Positions 10,089-18,219 of a stretch of DNA of 64,000 nucleotides are shown here, one piece after another. Source of the DNA: Penicillus capitatus (Eukaryota; Plantae; Chlorophyta); assembly GCA_965649825.1 (NCBI GenBank), contig OZ287696.1:1398081-1462080 (forward strand), given 5' to 3'. The notes under the pieces were generated by a model. The model had not been told where the DNA came from. It saw only the letters and a list, made by a program, of their open reading frames with translations, and did no database searches. How positions within the stretch are numbered: the first letter of the stretch is position 1; the number at the start of each line of letters is the position of its first letter. A program made the position numbers and the translations under genes.

Positions 10089-13000
10089 ATGGGTTCGACG
10101 ACGAACAAGAGGTCGCGCAAATTCTCTCAGAGACACCTGCGAAAGGAAAGGACGCAAAGGAAGAAAGCGCAGTTTGTGAATAAGCAGCGCACCGAGCACG
10201 ATGCCAAACTGCACAAAGCAGTGCGTCTGGCGGCGGAACGGAATATAGAACGTGCGTATGACGCCTCCGGTGTCCTCTCTAACCACATCGACATCTCCTG
10301 ACTCTAGTGGTGTAGAAGGTGGATATCGACCTAAAGGGACGGGGTCCCATCATGACTTTTTAATGGCGACACATGTCCAAACAATGTGGATCTTTACGTT
10401 TTACAAAACTCTGTCGATATTCTCTTTGTAAGACTTTTCAATATTCGAACCGCGACCAGAACATCATGGTTTCGGAGCGTGAGTTTCTAACAACGGATCG
10501 TGGAGATGTGGAAACGGCCCTTAACGCGGCCGCTATGGTGGCAGACGGTTATAGGGCCAGGGTCGGAAAGGTCATGGATAGAGTGGAAGTCGGTTCGCCA
10601 CTATTTGACCTTATGCGCCAGGTTATTGACCGCACAGAACCTCACTTCAATGACCGCGACGCGTTCAACACCGCATTTATGGGAAGGGCAGCAGCCGTCA
10701 TGAACGTTTTTGCGGCGAACAAGACAGCAGTAGAAGACACAGATAAATGGAAAGTATTCAAGATGGCACTTCTGAGTCTGTGTTCAAACGCTGGGGCCAG
10801 TTCCGGGGAGAGACTTGCGTCCGCATCAAAGAGGAAAGCGGAAACATGGCTGCAATTTGCCGAGAGATTCAGCATTTTGGCTAACCAGTCAGGGCTACCG
10901 AGAGAGATGCAAGTGAAAACTTTTTTCAAAAAGCTTCCGACCCATCTGAGGAGGGCAATTGCGACCTTGCCGACGAACACGACCATGCCAGAGATGGTGC
11001 TAATGATCCGTAATGTGACGTTTTGGATGGGTTCATCCTCTGCCTCGGAGATTGACAGAGAAGCGATGGACGTCGATGCGGCTGATGCCGAATTCGGTAG
11101 TGAAACGACAAATGTCAACGCTTTCGGAAGAGGATTGCCACTTCGGGAACTGTGCGATGCGATGAGAGGGGAACTCTCAAGAAACCCACGTTTTGCCGGA
11201 ATAATGGAGGAGATTTTGGGACAGTGGCGCCAGCGTGGCACACCCGGTCAACAACGAGGACCACCGGGGCAACAGCGAGGACCGAGACGAACAGGGCCTA
11301 GGAGGCCATCAGGAGGCCGACAGTTTCAGGGAAACTGTTACCAGTGTGGGGAATTTGGACACTCGGCGAAGTTCTGTTCTCACCGTTACCCACAAGTTCG
11401 GGAAGCTCAACCAGTCCCTACACATAACCATTTTGAGGCATTGGCATCTTTTGACGAGGAGGAAGAGCAGGCGGAAGTTGCATCAATTCTCTCAGTAAGG
11501 CTGGGGAGAAAGGAACGTGCACAAGGAGGACACGGGACACAGTCGCCAATGAAAAATCACCACCCAAAAGGGGGAAACAAGAGCCCGAAAACATCTGAGA
11601 AGGCGGACGATACTGACATTAAGTTCATCAATTATCCCAGAGTGGACCAGACGACCCAAGACAAACCGGTCAAGTCTCGAGCTTCTCTCAAGGTGGCGAC
11701 ATACCTGTCCAATCGCCCTGAGAAAGAACAAGCTTTAGTGGACACGGGTGCAGAGGTTTCCCTTTTGCCGTTGGGATACTGCCAGCGCTGGGGACTGAAG
11801 GTCAGACGTCTTGAAAACACCCGGCTTCGTGGCTTCAATAACACGGTCAGTCGAGTAACGGGAGAGGTGACACTACCCACTCGAATTGGGGGTTGGAATC
11901 AGGCAATTCCGTACTACGTAACGGACGCCACGGATAAGGTGATACTTGGGTACTCTGCCCTTAAAAAGTTCGGACTAATGGTAGACTGTTCAAATGACTG
12001 CTTGTTGGGCGAGGATGGACATGTTGTTTTCTGCCGTTCGATCTCGTCAAACTAGCTCCGCCAGGTCAAGGCGCTTCGCCTGGCGTGATGCTACGAGTTG
12101 ACAGACAACTCGTCAAGGGGTCCGAACCTTGTTTATCACAGTCTTCTTTCGTTCTCAAGTTAGGGAGGACGGTTTTTCTTGCTCCCCTCGAGAATAGGTT
12201 GATCATTTTGCCTATAAGTGTTCATGGAGAAGGGTTACATGGTTTGTTTTCTTGCTGTTACCTTCGGGATGTCTCGGCCACCCCGATTCTGGGGAAGGGT
12301 GGTCGCATAACAGTCCGAGTGCATAACTTCTCTGACCGGCTGGTTACTTTGTCACCGAAGTTAAAAGTAGTACGTGGTCTTTTTTCAGGCCATGGACGTT
12401 TGAACCACGACCCATCTTTAGTCTCGCCTCTTCACATTGCCGTTTCCGAAGCATCTGAGCGCCCAGATGCCACTGGGGAACCACCTCTTTCTTCTTTTTC
12501 TGTGTCGCATTGGCTTTCTCTTTTCCCTTGTTTGTTCGAGGAAAAAATCTCGGCTTACGGTGATTCGCCTACCCTCCAAGAACTTCAAGTCCGGGCCGAT
12601 GAACTCGAGTGGCGGTCCCCGATTCCTTTTACAGACTCAGGAACTCCTCCCTGCCTGACAGATTGTTCGCCCGAAGCTGCTCGCTCTGAGATCACATCTT
12701 TGCTTTCGCGTGGTATTATTCGCGAGCTTTCTTACTCAGATCGTGGATTTTTCTCACCAGTCATTTTCCTCAAAAAACCCGATGGACGAGTTAGGATTGT
12801 CGTTGATTTCCAACGCCTAAATCGCTACTCAAACGTTTGGAACACGTACACTTTAGATACGCGCAATGCTGTTCGTGCCATAGATCCATCGTGGCGTTTC
12901 TTTACTGTTTTAGACCTTCGAGATGGTTATTTTCACATTCCAGTGGACTCTTCCCTCAGCCGTTTGTTTTGTTTTTCCTGTTTTGGTCGTCGTTTCCAAT

Positions 13001-16000
13001 TTACTACCCTTCCTCAGGGTTGGGCCTCTAGTGCCGGGTTTTTCAATGACCGTGTCCGCCGCATTTTGGGAGCAGCTCCGGGGAGCGCTTATTTTGACGA
13101 CATCATCGTCGGAGGTCGCGATCGCAAAACTCATGATCGTAACTTGCATACTGTCCTCTCCGTCTTGCAAGATGCCGGGATGCATATCAACCCTCGAAAG
13201 GTTCAATTCTGTCGTACATCGGTCAAGTATCTGGGGTTTTCGGTTTCCGGTGATTCTTATCATCAACGGGCCTATATTTCCTCTCAACTCGCTCAGTTAC
13301 CCGCAGTTACATCAAAAAAAGGCCTCCAACGCATCCTTGGAATTTTCACCGCCTGTCGCGGTACTTGCCCCGGTTTAGGTCTCGCTATTGCCCCTCTTTA
13401 TGCTCATCTTGGATCATCGGTACGCCAAGTTGACTGGAACTCAGTTCAAGACGTCGTTCGGTCAGTAGCAGCAGTTATTCTTCGTAACTCTCTTACCCTT
13501 TTACGTTGCGTTGAATCGCCGGTCTTTCACCTTGAAGTAGACTGGTCGGGTGCCGGAGCAGGTTACCTTCTCTATGCTGGCCATCGTTCCGAACACCGTT
13601 TGCTGGCCACAAATTGCCGAACGTTACGTGGGTTTCCCGTTAGTTCTTTCCTTGGAGAACTTGACGCGATCGTTTGGTGTCTTCAGGACACTATGACTCT
13701 TACTGCCGGCTGTCCAGTTCATGTGCACACGGATTCGCTTTCTGCTCTACAAAAACTTTCTGCTTGCGACGTTTGGTATAAGTCTCGATCAGACCTTCGC
13801 ATTGGCCGTCGTCTCGGATGGCTTTGGGCCAATTTCCCGTTAAACTCTCGTCTGTTTTTGCATTTCCTACCTTCTTCGGACAATTATCTCGCTGACTGCC
13901 TCTCAAGATGGCCCACGTTAGCGCAACGGAAGGAGGTAGATCTGAATGCCCTCGGAAGAGAAGATGGGTCAAGGAACAGGTTAAAAAGAATTGAAAAAGC
14001 ACATGAAGGTCATTGGGGTGTTCGTAAGACGCTCCTAAATCTGAAGAGAGACGGAGGATCTCTTTGGGCAGGAATGGAGGGCGAAGTGCGTAGATTTGTA
14101 GAAAGCTGTTGGAAGTGTCAAATATGGGGTCAGACTCAACACCGAGTGGATCTGGGAACAACAAAGGCAGATAATATTGGGGACGCAGTTGGGATAGATT
14201 TTGCAGGGCCTTTACCGACGCAAGATTCCGAAGAGCCGCGGTATGTTATACTTATGGTTGACTATCTCTCAAGATGGGTGGAAGCATGGGCGTGCATGAA
14301 ACCGAGTAGTGAAGCAGCCATTAAAGCCCTTTGCAAATGGCAGCAGAAGAATGGCGGGATTCGCATGTTGATTTCGGACAATGCACAGACGTGGCATTCA
14401 AAGGGCGTAAAAAAATGGTGCACAGAAAACGGAGTGATCCAAAGACTAACCGCGAGCTACATGCCAAAATCAAATGGCATGTGTGAGAGACAGATTGGGA
14501 TACTTAAAGGGAGGATGAAGAGAATGTCCACCAAGCCGCATGGATGGAGAAAGATTCTTACGAGAGCGGTGCGGATCATGAACCATTCAGTGAATGAGAC
14601 CACATTGCACAGTGCGGCGGAACTGAAAATTGGGACTTCGAGAGACGGAAAAAAAGTGGCTGAAAGAGTCCGTAAGAAATGGATTTGCGAGGCCCAGGAA
14701 AGGACAAGAAGACAGCAATGGTGCTCAAATGAGATGAGAAGGAAGAAGTACGGGAGAAGAAAACCACTTCGGACGGGGGATCACGTGTTGAAACCAAGAG
14801 CCGGGGCGGATACGGGGCCTTTCCTTCCACCATGGGATGATGAGCCGTGCGTTGTGGTGGAACCAATAGGTACACATATGTGGTTGATCAAGGGGCTGGT
14901 GAGCGGAAGAATAGCAAGAGTGCATGACGATCAAGTGAGACAGATTCCACAAAGGACCACAGCGCAGCTGGAAGCGTGTAGAAGGTGGATATCGACCTAA
15001 AGGGACGGGGTCCCATCATGACTTTTTAATGGCGACACATGTCCAAACAATGTGGATCTTTACGTTTTACAAAACTCTGTCGATATTCTCTTTGTAAGAC
15101 TTTTCAATATTCGAACCGCGACCAGAACATCAAGTGGCGGCGCAAAAGACGTCGGAGAAACGCGTTCGGGAAGAAACGGAGAATTTTGTGCAGAAATCCG
15201 CCGTCCTGTTAGATGAAGATTCTGATCTGGAAGAGATGGAAGAGGACGACGACGGAGAAGGGATGGACGGAATTGCTGCCTTCGATAAAATGACCCTTCA
15301 GCAGTTGGAATCCCTTCCTCTGGATCCACCACATTCGACAGCAGTGGAAAGCGGTCAGATCCATACCGCGAGGAAGCTGACACGAAAGGGATGATGGGCG
15401 CTCTGACTGTTAGGAACCAGTGAGGATGAGATGGATGTGGAACAGCAGATTGCTCTCTACAGAGAACAGCTTTCCCGTTTAAAAGAGCAGGATCCTGAAT
15501 TCCACCAGTACCTGCAGAAAGCAGATGAGCAACTCTTGCAGTTCCAGCCGCCATCTGACGAAGAAGTGGATGATGATGTGACACCTTCAGCCAAGACGCC
15601 ACAAGGTTTGGGCGTTTAAGAGACAGGGACAGGAGGATGGCTACGGTTGGTTTGGTTTCCAGATAGCGTTGGTCGCGAATTGAAAGAGGAATGTGTGGAT
15701 CAGTGGTGCAGAGATGTCCTCATTGCAAACCCATCTATCGATAGTCTGCGCTTCCTTATGACAGCATATGCATTCGCCTGCCACTATGGCGAAGAGACCG
15801 AAAGGAATGTAGCTGAGGATGCTCATCGGCTGCTGCAATTCAGCAATTCCACAGTTTACACCAAATTAATGATCTTTGTTCTCAAGGCTCTTCTTTCCTT
15901 CGTCGACAATCGAAGGCTAAACTCGGTTTTTAGGAAGGAGATGGTGTTTTCCGGAGATTCCTTAGACTACACAAGAAACAGCATGTCAAGAAGGGTGACG

Positions 16001-17737
16001 TCGTGAAAGCAACAAAGTAACCACGACTGTTGGATGAGGGTGCCCAGATGCGGTGCTTTTCAGGGAATGTCCCGATGCGGCCCTACAGCTCCAACGCTTT
16101 CTTGCCAGCACTTGTCGTTTACTGAGACAACCGCTGGACGACAACATTCTTGCTTTTGTTCTCAGAAAGATGCGATCGTTTGTAGTCTTGATGGAAGGAA
16201 TGCCAGCTAAGATCTCAAAGCTCTTTCTCAGAGCCGCGCTCGAAATCTTCTCATCCGCGTCTCCAGCACCTCGTCTACAGTCTGTACTGCTGATTCGTGA
16301 GATGGTACTGCACCATGGGGAGAACACAGTCCACCTCTGTCTTAAAGTCGGCCACAAACGAACTCGAGGCCATTCCTGACTGCTGGTCTGTCAGGGAGTC
16401 TACAAGTCATTCTTGTCATCTTGCAGCACGGTCGATCGAGAGACACTGCCTCAGCTGCATTTCATGGGAACATGTGTCGTGGAGATCTACAGCCTCTCAC
16501 AAGAGAGTGCTTACCAAAACGCCTTTAAATTCATCAAAGATCTGGCCATCGATCTCCGCGATGCAATTGTCGCAAAGAACAAGGATGCAGCAAAGAAGGT
16601 GCGTTTCTGCCTGTCCAGAACAAAACGATGTGCGGTTCAGGTGTTTTGTTGGAGATTTGTTCATGGTTTGGAGCTTTGGGCACAATTGGTCGGCGCCTTG
16701 TTGGGCAAAGGAGACATCCAACAGCTCACTTACCCCGTAGCCCAACTACTGACAGGGGTAGCACGCTTTCAGGATCACATGCGGTACCTGCCACTGCGTT
16801 TGAGACTCGTCGCTGCTGCCAATCGCCTGTCAGAAGTGACGGGCCTCTTCATTCCGGTGGCCTCGTTGCTGATCGGCATCCTCTCCTGGTCCTATCTCCA
16901 GAAAAAACCAACCATGACTGGAAACGAAAAGTGCCCAAACATGGCGTTGTGTCTCAGTGTTGGCGAGAAAACGTTGAGGAATGGCCTCTTTCAGAGCGAA
17001 GTGGTGGAACAGGTAAGCAGCTCTGCCCTTCGCTATCGCATTTGCTATGCCGACAACTCTGGTCAGGTCTTTGAACTTTTGGCTCAGCACATGGCTCTGT
17101 TCTCACATTCCATTTCGTTTCCCGAGACATCTCATTGGATCACCGTGCAGCTAAAGAGATTTACAAAGTCCGTTCCGTTTCCAAGGTGCTCTTACGAATA
17201 TCCTCTCTCCTTTACACTTAATGGCTTGGCTTAGCTACAAGAGTGGCGCCATGCAGTTGGTGGCAGCCATCCGATCCAGCTCAGAGAAAGTCCTTGCCAG
17301 AAGAATGCTGGTCACATTCAGTCCACGCGACATTGAACAAGTGCAACAGTTTCAGCTCGAAGGAAAAGCAGAAGGAAAGGTGTCGCTTTCTCGCTGTTGA
17401 GCTTTCGTTTCTAAAACCATCTGTCTGTCAGAGTGCCCTTGAAGTTCTGCACGAACAGTTGGTAAAGAAGAGAAGCCAAAGACAGTCCCTTCAGACGACA
17501 GAGAGCATTACTCTGCGAGAAACGGAAGCCTCACCTGCCGAACGACCTCAGCAAACCAAACCCATGCGCAAGAAGATGCATAATGTCACGCTAAGTGATG
17601 CAGAGACGCTGACTTCGGATGAAGGCGACTTGAGAGAAGAAGAACTGGAGGGCCTCGATGTGCCTGTCATGGAAGATGTCTTGCAAGACTATGTCTTCTC
17701 CGAAGACGAAGAAGAGGTGCAACATGCTGTGAATTGA
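10089..17737 (+). CDS. NOC2: Nucleolar complex protein 2 (NOC2), interrupted at the intron-1 acceptor by an LTR retrotransposon
   Basis: Exon 1 10089-10251 MGSTTNKRSRKFSQRHLRKE... After the element: AAQKTSEKRVREE, YREQLSRLKEQDPEFHQYLQKADEQLLQF, DAALQLQRF, QESAYQNAFKFIKDLAIDLRDA, YLPLRLRLV, SHSISFPE, acidic tail EDVLQDYVFSEDE. Confidence 0.9.
10311..10466 (+). repeat. 5' LTR (156 bp)
   Basis: TG...CA ends; base-by-base identical to 14977-15132. Confidence 0.97.
10373..12055 (+). CDS. gag: Gag-protease polyprotein (start either ATG 10373 inside the LTR or ATG 10466 at the LTR/PBS junction)
   Basis: Zinc knuckle CYQCGEFGHSAKFC; aspartic protease ALVDTGAEVSLL ... VILGYSAL in the same frame; TAG stop at 12053-12055. 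Confidence 0.9.
   Translation: MSKQCGSLRFTKLCRYSLCKTFQYSNRDQNIMVSEREFLTTDRGDVETALNAAAMVADGYRARVGKVMDRVEVGSPLFDLMRQVIDRTEPHFNDRDAFNTAFMGRAAAVMNVFAANKTAVEDTDKWKVFKMALLSLCSNAGASSGERLASASKRKAETWLQFAERFSILANQSGLPREMQVKTFFKKLPTHLRRAIATLPTNTTMPEMVLMIRNVTFWMGSSSASEIDREAMDVDAADAEFGSETTNVNAFGRGLPLRELCDAMRGELSRNPRFAGIMEEILGQWRQRGTPGQQRGPPGQQRGPRRTGPRRPSGGRQFQGNCYQCGEFGHSAKFCSHRYPQVREAQPVPTHNHFEALASFDEEEEQAEVASILSVRLGRKERAQGGHGTQSPMKNHHPKGGNKSPKTSEKADDTDIKFINYPRVDQTTQDKPVKSRASLKVATYLSNRPEKEQALVDTGAEVSLLPLGYCQRWGLKVRRLENTRLRGFNNTVSRVTGEVTLPTRIGGWNQAIPYYVTDATDKVILGYSALKKFGLMVDCSNDCLLGEDGHVVFCRSISSN
10467..10478 (+). promoter_or_regulatory. Primer-binding site, tRNA-iMet-like
   Basis: TGGTTTCGGAGC directly after the 5' LTR; 10/12 match to the common iMet PBS TGGTATCAGAGC. 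Confidence 0.7.
11998..15000 (+). CDS. pol: Pol polyprotein: dUTPase-like?-RT-RNase H-integrase (-1 frame relative to gag; frame open from 11998)
   Basis: RT FTVLDLRDGYFHIPV, LPQGW, YFDD, YLGF. RNase H EVDWS, GELDAI, HTDS, NYLADCLSR. IN HEGH..CWKC, GIDFAGP, SDNA, NGMCER, C-terminal GPF. Stop TAA lies inside the 3' LTR. Confidence 0.93.
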   Translation: MLVGRGWTCCFLPFDLVKLAPPGQGASPGVMLRVDRQLVKGSEPCLSQSSFVLKLGRTVFLAPLENRLIILPISVHGEGLHGLFSCCYLRDVSATPILGKGGRITVRVHNFSDRLVTLSPKLKVVRGLFSGHGRLNHDPSLVSPLHIAVSEASERPDATGEPPLSSFSVSHWLSLFPCLFEEKISAYGDSPTLQELQVRADELEWRSPIPFTDSGTPPCLTDCSPEAARSEITSLLSRGIIRELSYSDRGFFSPVIFLKKPDGRVRIVVDFQRLNRYSNVWNTYTLDTRNAVRAIDPSWRFFTVLDLRDGYFHIPVDSSLSRLFCFSCFGRRFQFTTLPQGWASSAGFFNDRVRRILGAAPGSAYFDDIIVGGRDRKTHDRNLHTVLSVLQDAGMHINPRKVQFCRTSVKYLGFSVSGDSYHQRAYISSQLAQLPAVTSKKGLQRILGIFTACRGTCPGLGLAIAPLYAHLGSSVRQVDWNSVQDVVRSVAAVILRNSLTLLRCVESPVFHLEVDWSGAGAGYLLYAGHRSEHRLLATNCRTLRGFPVSSFLGELDAIVWCLQDTMTLTAGCPVHVHTDSLSALQKLSACDVWYKSRSDLRIGRRLGWLWANFPLNSRLFLHFLPSSDNYLADCLSRWPTLAQRKEVDLNALGREDGSRNRLKRIEKAHEGHWGVRKTLLNLKRDGGSLWAGMEGEVRRFVESCWKCQIWGQTQHRVDLGTTKADNIGDAVGIDFAGPLPTQDSEEPRYVILMVDYLSRWVEAWACMKPSSEAAIKALCKWQQKNGGIRMLISDNAQTWHSKGVKKWCTENGVIQRLTASYMPKSNGMCERQIGILKGRMKRMSTKPHGWRKILTRAVRIMNHSVNETTLHSAAELKIGTSRDGKKVAERVRKKWICEAQERTRRQQWCSNEMRRKKYGRRKPLRTGDHVLKPRAGADTGPFLPPWDDEPCVVVEPIGTHMWLIKGLVSGRIARVHDDQVRQIPQRTTAQLEACRRWIST
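14977..15132 (+). repeat. 3' LTR (156 bp)
   Basis: Identical to the 5' LTR and followed by TSD AGTGG. Confidence 0.97.
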
Positions 17738-17979
17738 CTGCGAGAAAGACATATTTAGATGGGAATGATGTCTCCGTTTGTACGATTTTTGTAACTCCTG
17801 ATCTTCCTCGTACCTCGTTGACGACAATGCCCAGCGACAGCAACTGGATCCCCAGGGGAAAGTACTTTCCAAGCAGCAACGCAGAAAAGAGAAACGCAAA
17901 GCTCTGGGGCCGAGAAAGAAAAAGACAACAAGATAACATCTGACATGTTAACACACACCCACACTTTTGTCCCATAACT

Positions 17980-18105
17980 GATGTATCTCACTCATGCTGA
18001 GTGATCTCTCCCTGGAAGCCGAGAGAGAGTCGATGTAGCTGTCATGAGCGACGGTTATCTGAGATTTCCAGGGAGAGATGTCACACAATATGAGTGAGAT
18101 GCATC
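17980..18105. ncRNA. Intergenic ~126-bp imperfect fold-back (candidate small-RNA precursor or MITE relic)
   Basis: Left arm GATGTATCTCACTCAT..GTGATCTCTCCCTGGAA pairs with right arm TTCCAGGGAGAGAT..ATGAGTGAGATGCATC; includes perfect 14-bp and 11-bp stems. Confidence 0.45.
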
Positions 18106-18219
18106 TTGTCGTGAGGCGTTGCTCGATAATGTCGTCGTCCGTGACAATCTAAGGCACCGAACAACCTTCATTCACATAGTGCAGTGATTCTGACGGTCGT
18201 TTCATTGAATGAGCGAATC

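Larger units (their letters stand above)
10311..15132 (+). mobile_element. Full-length Ty3/gypsy-type (Metaviridae) LTR retrotransposon, apparently intact and very recent
   Basis: Two identical 156-bp LTRs (TGTAG...ACATCA) and a 5-bp TSD AGTGG (10306-10310, 15133-15137). Domain order is Gag CCHC, protease, RT, RNase H, IN (gypsy order). No in-frame stops within either ORF. Confidence 0.97.

Noticed and set aside
12910-14164. Antisense ORFs (125 and 154 aa) inside pol as an explanation for the strand skew
   Set aside because: They are short, motif-free and do not span the skewed region.
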